Origin: Candidatus Omnitrophota bacterium
Lineage (GTDB): Bacteria; Omnitrophota; Gorgyraeia; Zapsychrales; Zapsychraceae
Length of the DNA: 28,039 nt
Assembly (NCBI GenBank): GCA_018399915.1
Contig: JAGYNW010000001.1
Coordinates: 1 to 28,039, forward strand
Direction of reading: 5' to 3'
The notes under the pieces: model-generated
Databases searched by the model: none
Told to the model about the DNA's origin: nothing
What the model saw: the letters and a program-made list of their open reading frames with translations, nothing else
Part shown: positions 8,344 through 17,024 of the stretch, piece by piece
Numbering within the stretch: the first letter of the stretch is position 1
Layout of the letters: each line of letters begins with the position of its first letter
Made by a program: the position numbers and the translations under genes

Positions 8344-9655
8344 TTTTCTTAACCTTACGTTTTTTGAGCCGCGGATTATTTTGCGGGGTCAAGGAAATCT
8401 GTTCGTCGTGGTCAGCCAAAAGGCTGCAGATGCCGATGGATTTATCCTCATTCGCCGGATTCAAATCAAGGTGCAGTTTGCAGACATCGCATTTGCGGTC
8501 ACAAAAGATCGGCTTATAGGAATCCGGCTCTTTATAAGTGGTGATCACGCCTTCGTAGTTGCGAAGGATGACCTTGTTGGTGGACCAGGAGATCAGGTAA
8601 TTCGGCATGACCGGGATCTTGCCCCCGCCGCCGGGCGCGTCGATCACATAGGTCGGTACAGCCAGGCCGGAGGTGTGGCCGATCAAGTGTTCTATGATCT
8701 CAATGCCCTTGCCCACAGGCGTGCGAAAATGCATCAGCCCCTCGGAAAGATCGCATTGATACAGATAGTAAGGCCTGACCCGGTTCATGAGCAGGCGCTG
8801 ATTGAGCGCCTTGATAATGCGCGGACAGTCATTGATGCCGGCCAAAAGCACAGACTGGTTCCCCAGAGGAAATCCCGCATCTGCCAGTTTCGCCAAAGCC
8901 TTTTCCGAGGAATGCGTGATCTCGCGCGGATGATTGAAATGCGTGTTGATCCACAAAGGCTGGTATTTCTTCAGCATGGCCACCAATTCATCATCGATAC
9001 GGTATGGCAGGACCACCGGAGTACGCGTGCCGATCCGGATGATCTCCACATGCTTAATGGCCCGCAGCTCCTTAAGGATCCAGTCCAGATAATCGGTGTT
9101 CAACAAAAAGGGATCACCCCCGGATAAAAGCACGTCACGGATCACCGGATTCTGCCGGATATAATTAAGGCCTTTTTTGATCTGCACCTTACTGGGCACG
9201 TAATCACAGTCCCCGACCTTGCGTTTGCGGGTACAATGCCGGCAGTACATGGAACAGACATTGCTGACCAGAAACAACACGCGGTCCGGATACCGGTGGG
9301 TAATGCCCTCGACCGGGCTGTCCTTATCCTCATGCAGAGGGTCCTGCAAATCCTCATTGCTGCGGATCAATTCCTCCGGGGACGGACAGGATTGCATAAA
9401 GATCGGATCGTACTTAAGATTATCGGCATCCACCAAAGACAAGTAATACGGCGTGATGCTCATGGGAAAAGTCTTCATGGTCTTTTTCATGGCCACTTTC
9501 TGGGCCTTGTCAAACTTGACACCCAAAAGCTGTTCAAGCACTTCAATCTCATGGATCTGGTGCTTCAACTGCCAACGCCAGTCATGCCAGAGGTTGACAT
9601 CGTCCTTTGCCGCAATCATGGTTTTCATCTTCTTTTGTTTCTCGGTTATTTTCAT
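8333..9655 (-). CDS. ablA: Lysine 2,3-aminomutase (KamA/AblA radical SAM, PLP-dependent)
   Basis: [30 protein letters not shown] (CxxxCxxC), [29 protein letters not shown] (PLP Lys), C-terminal CDRKCDVC extension, and adjacency to ablB. Confidence 0.95.
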   Translation of the reverse strand: MKITEKQKKMKTMIAAKDDVNLWHDWRWQLKHQIHEIEVLEQLLGVKFDKAQKVAMKKTMKTFPMSITPYYLSLVDADNLKYDPIFMQSCPSPEELIRSNEDLQDPLHEDKDSPVEGITHRYPDRVLFLVSNVCSMYCRHCTRKRKVGDCDYVPSKVQIKKGLNYIRQNPVIRDVLLSGGDPFLLNTDYLDWILKELRAIKHVEIIRIGTRTPVVLPYRIDDELVAMLKKYQPLWINTHFNHPREITHSSEKALAKLADAGFPLGNQSVLLAGINDCPRIIKALNQRLLMNRVRPYYLYQCDLSEGLMHFRTPVGKGIEIIEHLIGHTSGLAVPTYVIDAPGGGGKIPVMPNYLISWSTNKVILRNYEGVITTYKEPDSYKPIFCDRKCDVCKLHLDLNPANEDKSIGICSLLADHDEQISLTPQNNPRLKKRKVKKNDV

Positions 9656-9796
9656 GCAAACGTCCTTTATTCGATGCTTGAATTGCGCTCGGCCCGCGTA
9701 CTTCCGGGTCCAGCTGTTAGCTTCGTTGATCTTCTGTCGTTTTTATATTAATGCTTTTCGCTTTAAATCAATATGCGGGGATATTATGCCGGGTCA

Positions 9797-10015
9797 TTAC
9801 TTGTGCCGGTAGGTGATCCTGCCTTTGGTCAGATCGTATGGGGATAGTTCGACAGTAACTTTGTCACCTTCCAGAATGCGGATAAAGAACTTGCGCATCT
9901 TGCCGCTGGGGTGCGCGATGATTTTATGATTGTTCTCAAGTTGCACGCGGAACTTCGCGTTCGATAAGGCCTCGGTGACCACGCCTTCCAGTTCGATGCC
10001 GTCTTCTTTTGCCAT
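9797..10015 (-). CDS. infA: Translation initiation factor IF-1
   Basis: [70 protein letters not shown]. Confidence 0.97.
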   Translation of the reverse strand: MAKEDGIELEGVVTEALSNAKFRVQLENNHKIIAHPSGKMRKFFIRILEGDKVTVELSPYDLTKGRITYRHK

Positions 10016-10073
10016 ACAATGACTCCTTTAGATTCCTACCTGTGTTTATTTTTACGAGCGAATAGATTATTGA

Positions 10074-10101
10074 ATTATAACAAAATATCGGCGTCTGTCA
10101 A
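10074..10101 (-). promoter_or_regulatory. Consensus sigma70 promoter for infA
   Basis: Minus strand TTGACA-N16-TATAAT with TGn extended -10. The -35 contains the TGA stop of the upstream radical SAM gene. Confidence 0.75.
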
Positions 10102-11405
10102 ATGTCGCCGGAATTTTCCAAAAATGTAGACGCTGTGGAAGCGCGGCTTTGAAACCAAAAATAATGGCGCAGATCCCAGGCCAAGCGCGGCGAGCGGGCC
10201 AGCATGCGAACGTAAAACGGCAGCTGGGTCAAGAATTTGCGGCATTTGCGGCGGGCAAATTGACCGTACATGGCCTGTACGCGCGCTGTCAGTTCTTGCG
10301 GGAACAGCCTGCGGGGCCTGAATACCGTGTGCATCCAGTTGTAGCAGGACCAATCCTCAGTCAGGATGCGTCCCTCCTTTTTGAAGTCGGCAAACAGCGG
10401 CGTGCCCGGGTACGGGGTCAGGGTAAAAAAGACAGCGGAATCCACGCCGGACGCAACCAGATAATCCATAGTCTTTGCAAAAACTTCCGCATCATCATGA
10501 TCAAACCCGAATACCAGCATGGCGCCTACACCGATGCCATGGGCGTGCAGGCGCTTAACCGTATGTTTCAGATTAAAGAACTCGTCATACTTGGCAGCTG
10601 ACCGCCGGCTTGGAGCGTGGATTGAATCCAGTCCCAGCATGACCCCGGCCAGGCCAGAGCGGGCCAGGACCCGGACAAATCCCTCATCCGCGGCCACATC
10701 CATGGGTGCCTGGCAACTCCAGAATTTTTTCAGAGGCGTGATGCGTTCCGCCATTGCGCGCGTGTAAGCCTTGTCCACAAAAAGGTTATCATCCACAAAA
10801 AATAAATAGGGTTCTTTAATAAGCGAAATATCCTCGTAAATTTTATCCAAAGACTGTTGGCGGTAACCCTTCCAGGAGACATTTTGCAAATAACAGTACC
10901 GGAAATGATTGACGCACCCGCGGGTAGCCTGCACCGCAGCCGCACGGTAAGATGGATGAAACAAGTCCCGGCGTGGCAAAGGCAAGGCATCAAGGTCCAC
11001 CAGGGTATCGGCCCGGTAACAAGCCTTCAAGCGTGGAAAATCCGCAAGGATTTCAGGCCAGACAGGCTCGGCCTCACCCACGACAACACTATCCGCGTGT
11101 TTGAGCGCCTCCTCCGGCATGAGGCTCGGGTGGATGCCCCCAAGTACCACCGGAACCCCGAGAGACCGGAACTTATCGGCAATCGCGTAAGCCGCCGGCG
11201 CGCTGGCTGTCGGGGTGGTCACGCCCACCAGGTCCCAGGCATCACTGAACGGCACCGGCTCGATGTCCTGGTCAATGATCGTAACATCATGACCTTTTGA
11301 CAGGGCCGCAAGCATGCCCAGGCTCAAGGGACCGGTCAAAACATTGACACAATGCGCAAAGGGACCCGCGCGGTACCAGGCAGGTTTGATGAGTAAAATG
11401 TTCAC
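10098..11405 (-). CDS. B12-binding domain radical SAM protein with an altered cluster motif (CxxxFxxC)
   Basis: GTG start. DLVGVT..AYAIAD..GVPVVLGGIHPSLMPEEAL..ADSVVVGEAE (cobalamin-binding), TRGCVNHFRYC, FFVDDNL, GLDS, LVFGFDHD, LTPYPGTPLF. Confidence 0.9.
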   Translation of the reverse strand: MNILLIKPAWYRAGPFAHCVNVLTGPLSLGMLAALSKGHDVTIIDQDIEPVPFSDAWDLVGVTTPTASAPAAYAIADKFRSLGVPVVLGGIHPSLMPEEALKHADSVVVGEAEPVWPEILADFPRLKACYRADTLVDLDALPLPRRDLFHPSYRAAAVQATRGCVNHFRYCYLQNVSWKGYRQQSLDKIYEDISLIKEPYLFFVDDNLFVDKAYTRAMAERITPLKKFWSCQAPMDVAADEGFVRVLARSGLAGVMLGLDSIHAPSRRSAAKYDEFFNLKHTVKRLHAHGIGVGAMLVFGFDHDDAEVFAKTMDYLVASGVDSAVFFTLTPYPGTPLFADFKKEGRILTEDWSCYNWMHTVFRPRRLFPQELTARVQAMYGQFARRKCRKFLTQLPFYVRMLARSPRLAWDLRHYFWFQSRASTASTFLENSGDI

Positions 11406-11551
11406 AGACTATCGGTCCTTTGTTTGTGTTTTTGTATTTTTCTTCCTCCGCTTTTCCGGCCAAACGACCGGAGGCCGGGATCCGAACCCGAGGACTTGCT
11501 ACACAGCCGTGCCACTGCCGGTTTTCGGATGAAATTCCGCAGTCCGCGCCC

Positions 11552-12946
11552 TTAAATTCCGGAAGATGGCTTTGAGGCGGATGCCTGGGATGCCTTTTGT
11601 TTGACGCGGACAAAAGCCTCTGCGTGGTCTTTCCCCTCATTTAAAGGGTTCAGGGACTTGACGATCGTCAGCTCGGGGTTATCTTTCAAGGCGATCATCC
11701 GGCAGGCATCATCAACCAGGACCTCGACATCCGGGGTGTCCCGGTCAGCGGGGCACTGCGCCGCCACCATCGCGACCCGTCCGTCGCTCAACTCAACCAG
11801 GGCGCCGTTAGGCCAAACCCCCATGAAGGCGAAAAAGGCATCAAACAATTCCGGATCAAACTGGGTGCCGCGCCCGCCTTTCATGATCTTGTAAATCTCT
11901 TCAGGCGGATAGGCATTCTTGTAGCTACGACGCTGGCTTAAGGCGTCGTAGACATCGCACAAAGAGACCATCTGGGACCCCAAGTGCAAAGGATGAGCAA
12001 ATTGCAACTGCGGGTAACCGCCGGAGGCATCGTACTTCAGGTGGTGTTCCAGGGCCACCACCGCCGGCAAAACCCCGACATTGTCCACAAAGGACAATAA
12101 AATGCGGGATCCCAAAAGGGAATGACTTTTGATGCTCTCAAATTCCTGTTCGGTCAGTTTACCGCCTTTCAGAATCGCATTGGAAAGGTAAAGTTTGCCG
12201 ATGTCGTGAAAAAGCGCGGCAATCCCGAGATTGCGTGCCTCCTCCCGAGGCAGGCCCAAATACTGAGCAAAATACACGCTAAGCATGGCTACGTTTAAAA
12301 CATGCGCGTAGGTAAAATCATCCTTGCCCTTGACCTGGGACAGCTTGAGAATCTCCTGATAATGCATGCCCAACCCTTTCATCAGGCTATCGATCGCAAG
12401 GTACACGTTGGCAAAATTCACAGACTTATCATCTACAATGCTTTCAATGGACGCGGAAACTTTCGCCAGGCTTTCCGTGTAGATCTCAGCCCCCGGCAGT
12501 TCAACCGAGTCCAAGCCTTCCGGGTCAGGATCCTCACTCTCAATGCGGATCTTGTCCGCGACGATGTTGCGGATGTCTTTGCTCGCCAAATAATCACGGA
12601 TACCGATCTGTTCGCAGGCCGGGTCCAGAAAAAACAAGGCAAAATCCTTAAACTCCAGCGGGCTAAGCCCGGCCCGAAAGGTCAGCTTACTGATCTGCCT
12701 GTCTGTCAGCAACTGGATGAACACACTCAACTGCCGGCTTAAGTCAAAAAAAATATCCTCCCCACTAACGATCTCATCCCCGACAACGGCAATGACCAGT
12801 TCCGGCTGCTTGTCCAGGATGGCCTTAAGGTCAGCAAAACTCTTTTGAATGGCCCGGCCCACTTCCGGATGATTGTGCCGGTAAATCCGCGCCAGCTGCG
12901 GACAAGAGGCAAAACTTTTCAAAAAGGTTTTAATTTGTTCGATCAT
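11552..12946 (-). CDS. HD-GYP domain cyclic dinucleotide phosphodiesterase with an uncharacterised N-terminal domain
   Basis: FTYAHVLNV, ALFHDIGKL, HSLLG, EHHLKYDASGGYP, CDVYDAL..RRSYK, GTQFDP, WPNGALVELSDG. Start overlaps the upstream gene end by 17 nt. Confidence 0.9.
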   Translation of the reverse strand: MIEQIKTFLKSFASCPQLARIYRHNHPEVGRAIQKSFADLKAILDKQPELVIAVVGDEIVSGEDIFFDLSRQLSVFIQLLTDRQISKLTFRAGLSPLEFKDFALFFLDPACEQIGIRDYLASKDIRNIVADKIRIESEDPDPEGLDSVELPGAEIYTESLAKVSASIESIVDDKSVNFANVYLAIDSLMKGLGMHYQEILKLSQVKGKDDFTYAHVLNVAMLSVYFAQYLGLPREEARNLGIAALFHDIGKLYLSNAILKGGKLTEQEFESIKSHSLLGSRILLSFVDNVGVLPAVVALEHHLKYDASGGYPQLQFAHPLHLGSQMVSLCDVYDALSQRRSYKNAYPPEEIYKIMKGGRGTQFDPELFDAFFAFMGVWPNGALVELSDGRVAMVAAQCPADRDTPDVEVLVDDACRMIALKDNPELTIVKSLNPLNEGKDHAEAFVRVKQKASQASASKPSSGI

Positions 12947-14849
12947 GATAACTTTCCAGGATCTGTTTGGCTTTTGCCTTGAGCTTGCGGTTCCAGAACA
13001 GGATATCTTTACTCAATTTAATCAGGTAAGGCCGGACCTCCGGGATGTAAACCTCGCTCAGAATCTCCAAATCGTCTAATAGCGTCCTGTTACTGAAACT
13101 GAAATAATAATGGGCGGAAAACAGCGTCCGCGCGATCTCAGCACGCAACTCGGGAAATTCCGCGGCAACCGCCACGGCCTTACGGCGCAACGCAAAATTA
13201 TCGGTTCTGATCACCCGCAACAGGAATTCCCGGTCAAAGGTTGAAAAAGACTTTAATTTATCCAGCAGTGCCATTTTTCTGACCAAAGAGGCTTTCTGAA
13301 AAATATGCGTCAGCACCTCCAGGCTTAAGGAATCATTGATTCCTGCCAGCATGTCCACCAAAGAATCGACGAACCCTTCCTCGTTTTGCTTGAGGTCAAG
13401 CCGGGCGCAAAACTCCAGGATCTCATTGGGAAAGAACTGAAAAAACAAACGCAAACTCAGCTCATTGTACTGTTTCTCGTCAAAAATCTTATCCAGATAA
13501 TAAACCTCATCCAGGCAACTGGTGTTAAGAACTTCAGTCAAAAAACAAAATCGGGACGCGTCTTTATAATGAAAATGTTCCTTTTCCGCGAAAGCCCAGA
13601 TCTCGTGGCTCTTAACAGTCAAAACATCAGCCAGGGTATTATCCTGAATCCGCTCATCATAAATAGTCTTGAATTGCAAAAAATACTCCAGGTTTTTCAG
13701 AGACGGCTCCTTAAGCTGAGCGGCAATGCGCGCCAGAATCAGCTCCAGTTTCTGCGGCTTGGTCTCCCGCGCCAGCAAATCCAAAAGAATCAAGCGGTAA
13801 TTATCATACAGATGGTCATAATCAAAGAAAACCTCGGGGGTCGGTCTTGATGCCGGCATATGCCGCATCAAATCCTTTAAATAGTCCGCGGTAACCGTAT
13901 CCGATTTCAGCGAATCCAAAAGATCCTTAACCTTGCCGGCATTTAACGAGACCTTGGAATCCTGCCCCGAGGCACCCACTAATGCAGCTGATTCTTTACG
14001 CGCCTGAGAACTGATCAGTGAGGAAAACAGCTGAAAAGAGGCGGGTTCCGCGTTTTGCTCCGACACAAAGACCTCCAAAAGCAAATCCCGGATATCCTCA
14101 GGCGGCAAAGCACGGAAAAGCTCCGCGATCTTCTCGCGGTCACCGCTAAAGGTAAGTTGGGTCCCCTGCAAGATGCCCCGCCCTAAATCGCCAAGTGCCT
14201 TGACCAACAGGTCCTGGTCTTTTTCCTTAAGCAAGGACAATGTCGCAAGCAACTGCCGCGACGAGGCAGGGTCGCCCAAAAGTTCCTTGACCCCGAATTG
14301 GTCCACAGCCTGTTTGAACTTCACGGAAAAACGCTTGAGCGCATCACCATCCGGCTCTGCTTCGGCTCGATCCAGCTCCCAAAGGTAGTCCCAGGCGTTC
14401 TTGACCTCCTCACCCGCCCCTTTCATCAACTGGGAATAATCCAAAAGCTCGATAGAGACCTTGCGCACGCCCGCCTCCTCAAGGATCTTGCGCATACCCC
14501 CGGCAGCCATAACCTCCTCCCGGTTGGCGGCCACTTTCAGCAAAAAGACGGCCAGTTCATTGACCGGCACATCTTTAGCCAGCGATATTGTCTTGATCTT
14601 CTTTAAATGCAGGGAACCGGCCAGATCCTGACAAAAGGCGTCATCATTAAATTCCTTCTCATCAATGATGAGCGCATCCTGCCTGATCCGGATGCTTAAC
14701 GCCTCATCCTTATTGACAAGCACGCCCAGCTTTTCTTTAAGGTCCTTGACCGCGCTTAAAAACTTCGGATGTCCGGCCTGATAAAAAGACCCGTTGGTCA
14801 AGGCCACTTTGAAAGATTTAAAAAACTGTTGATATTTATCGTCGCTCAT
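12930..14849 (-). CDS. Hypothetical alpha-helical (HEAT/ARM-like) protein
   Basis: 639-aa ORF rich in Leu/Glu/Lys helices. C-terminal LRRKAVAVA/RAEIARTL-type repeats. N-terminal FY-x2-GHP segment. No catalytic motif recognised. Confidence 0.7.
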   Translation of the reverse strand: MSDDKYQQFFKSFKVALTNGSFYQAGHPKFLSAVKDLKEKLGVLVNKDEALSIRIRQDALIIDEKEFNDDAFCQDLAGSLHLKKIKTISLAKDVPVNELAVFLLKVAANREEVMAAGGMRKILEEAGVRKVSIELLDYSQLMKGAGEEVKNAWDYLWELDRAEAEPDGDALKRFSVKFKQAVDQFGVKELLGDPASSRQLLATLSLLKEKDQDLLVKALGDLGRGILQGTQLTFSGDREKIAELFRALPPEDIRDLLLEVFVSEQNAEPASFQLFSSLISSQARKESAALVGASGQDSKVSLNAGKVKDLLDSLKSDTVTADYLKDLMRHMPASRPTPEVFFDYDHLYDNYRLILLDLLARETKPQKLELILARIAAQLKEPSLKNLEYFLQFKTIYDERIQDNTLADVLTVKSHEIWAFAEKEHFHYKDASRFCFLTEVLNTSCLDEVYYLDKIFDEKQYNELSLRLFFQFFPNEILEFCARLDLKQNEEGFVDSLVDMLAGINDSLSLEVLTHIFQKASLVRKMALLDKLKSFSTFDREFLLRVIRTDNFALRRKAVAVAAEFPELRAEIARTLFSAHYYFSFSNRTLLDDLEILSEVYIPEVRPYLIKLSKDILFWNRKLKAKAKQILESYHDRTN

Positions 14850-15000
14850 AAACGAAACATATTTTTGATTTTTTTTTGGAAAGAGATTGCCTGCTCCAGA
14901 CCTTCATGAAACCTCATTCATTATATTATAAAAAGCGCAAAAGTCACTTTTCGATTTAATTATTCTTACGAACTCTGTTCTTGCAAAACACAAGTTTCCG

Positions 15001-15028
15001 TTGAAAAAACCCTCAGGAATGCTATAAT
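15001..15028 (+). promoter_or_regulatory. sigma70-type promoter for PEPCK
   Basis: TTGAAA-N16-TATAAT with TGn. AAGGAG RBS 7 nt before the ATG at 15096. Confidence 0.65.
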
Positions 15029-15095
15029 GCTGCATCTTTATATGATAAGTGGCCAAGTTTGAAATTTATAAAATATTTATTTAAGGAGAATCTGT

Positions 15096-16994
15096 ATGCC
15101 AGAAAATCATGACCTCGCTCTTATTCTGTCGAAATGCAATGAACACAATCAAGGCAAAATCCGTCAGATCAGCAACCAGGACATTTTAGCTGTTATCGCC
15201 GACAGGATAAAACTTTGCAATCCGGACAACCTTTTTATCCACACAGGAAGTGATGCCGACTGCCTGCATATCAAAAGAATGGCTTTAGCTACCGGCGAAG
15301 AACAACCGTTGAAAATGGAAGGCCATACCGCGCATTTCGATCCTCCCACAGAACAAGGCCGGATCGTCAAACAAACCTACGCAGTCGCTGATGAAGGGGT
15401 TTACACCAGCAGCCTGGCCAATGCCATGCCGCGGCCGGAGGCCACTGACCTTATCCAGAAATATATGAAGGACATCATGACCGGAAAGACCCTGATCGTG
15501 GGATTTTTTATCCGGGGGCCGATCGGTGCGCCGATCTCTTATCCGTCTTTGACTTTTTCCGACTCCTGGTACCTGATGCACCAACAAAACAACCTCTACC
15601 GCAAAAACCCGGCCTATTTTGAAAAACAAGTTGATCTGATCGGATTTTTCTTTACCAATACCCACAGCAAGGGCACTCTGAACACCAAAGAAGCCTATGT
15701 GCTGACTGACCGGAAGAATAAAGAAACCTGGGCCTGGAACGTGTCTTATTTAGGCAATTGTGCCTTGATCAAAAAAGGCCATCACCGGCTGGCCAACGAT
15801 GACGCCATCTACAATCACCGCGGTAAACGCCTCAGCGAACATATGTTCATTACCGGCATCACACTGAAAGACAACACCACCATATGGATCAATGGTGCGG
15901 CCCCCAGCGGCTGTGGTAAGACCACGACCGCCATGGCCGGGGATTCCTTTATCGGCGATGACCTGGCCCAAGTCTGGATCGATGATGACGGGCTGATCCG
16001 TTCCGCCAACCCGGAAATCGGTATTTTCGGGATCATCAAGGATGTTAATCTCGAAAGCGATCCGCTTTTGATGGAACGCCTCCGCAATCACGGATCCGAG
16101 GTCATCTGGACCAATGTGCTTCTAGCCAACAAAACCCCCTACTGGGAAGGCAGCCATGAAAGCATCCCTGAAAGCGGGACAAACTTCCAGGGCGAATGGT
16201 TCAAAGGCAAAAAAGATGCCAACGGCAATCCCATTCCGATCTCGCATCCCAATGCCCGTTGCACCATCCGGAGCAATCAACTTAGAAATTTTGATGAAGA
16301 ATCCGCCAATGACCCCAATGGTGTTGAGACCAAAGTCTTTACCTACAGCGGACGGGATGCCGATACCATGCCCCCAGTCATCGCCGCCTTAACCCCGGAA
16401 GAAGGCGTGACCTTTGGCGCGGATATCGCCTCGGCCACCACCGCGACCGAGGTCGGGTCCAAAGGTGATGTCAAGCGCTCTCCCTGGGCCAATGCGCCCT
16501 TCTTTTTAGGCGCTTTAGGGGAATACATGGATGGCCAATTCAAATTCTTTACCAATCCCGAGCTCAAAATGAAACCTGTCCTGGCCTCTCTGAATTACTT
16601 TTTGACGGATGCGGCCCGCGGCGGCAACTCCCAAGACCTGTTAGGGGAAAAACGGGATGTCACGGTCTGGCTGACATGGCTGGCCAAACTTGCCCATGAT
16701 GAGGTTACCGGCCTGAAAACACCCTTGGGCATCATCCCCACCTTCAAAGAGGTCAAGGCGATTTTCGATCAACTGATCCCGGACAAAGGCTACACCAAAG
16801 AACTTTACGAAAAACAATTCTCCCTTTATGTTGATAATGTCATTGCCAGGATCGATATGCAGGTGGCTGCCTACCAAAAAGAGGTCAATGTGCCTGAGAT
16901 CTATTTTAAAACCCAGGCAGCCAAAAAGGCCCGGCTGGAAAAGCTGAAAGCCGAAAAAGGTGCGATCGTGACACCGGATCAATTAAGCGCCTGA
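15096..16994 (+). CDS. pckG: Phosphoenolpyruvate carboxykinase (GTP), divergent
   Basis: LSEHMFI, kinase-1a APSGCGKTTTAM, GDDLA, NPEIGIFGI, HPNARCT, SGRDADTMPPV, patterns of the GTP-dependent PEPCK family. Confidence 0.9.
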   Translation: MPENHDLALILSKCNEHNQGKIRQISNQDILAVIADRIKLCNPDNLFIHTGSDADCLHIKRMALATGEEQPLKMEGHTAHFDPPTEQGRIVKQTYAVADEGVYTSSLANAMPRPEATDLIQKYMKDIMTGKTLIVGFFIRGPIGAPISYPSLTFSDSWYLMHQQNNLYRKNPAYFEKQVDLIGFFFTNTHSKGTLNTKEAYVLTDRKNKETWAWNVSYLGNCALIKKGHHRLANDDAIYNHRGKRLSEHMFITGITLKDNTTIWINGAAPSGCGKTTTAMAGDSFIGDDLAQVWIDDDGLIRSANPEIGIFGIIKDVNLESDPLLMERLRNHGSEVIWTNVLLANKTPYWEGSHESIPESGTNFQGEWFKGKKDANGNPIPISHPNARCTIRSNQLRNFDEESANDPNGVETKVFTYSGRDADTMPPVIAALTPEEGVTFGADIASATTATEVGSKGDVKRSPWANAPFFLGALGEYMDGQFKFFTNPELKMKPVLASLNYFLTDAARGGNSQDLLGEKRDVTVWLTWLAKLAHDEVTGLKTPLGIIPTFKEVKAIFDQLIPDKGYTKELYEKQFSLYVDNVIARIDMQVAAYQKEVNVPEIYFKTQAAKKARLEKLKAEKGAIVTPDQLSA

Positions 16995-17024
16995 ATCTTG
17001 CGCCCGGCAGCAAAAATAAATATC

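Noticed and set aside
9656-9796. Possible riboswitch (e.g. c-di-AMP/ydaO or lysine) in the infA-ablA spacer
   Set aside because: A small GC hairpin (GGACCCG...CGGGCC) is present, but I could not match the conserved blocks of any riboswitch class I know. A full Rfam scan would be decisive.
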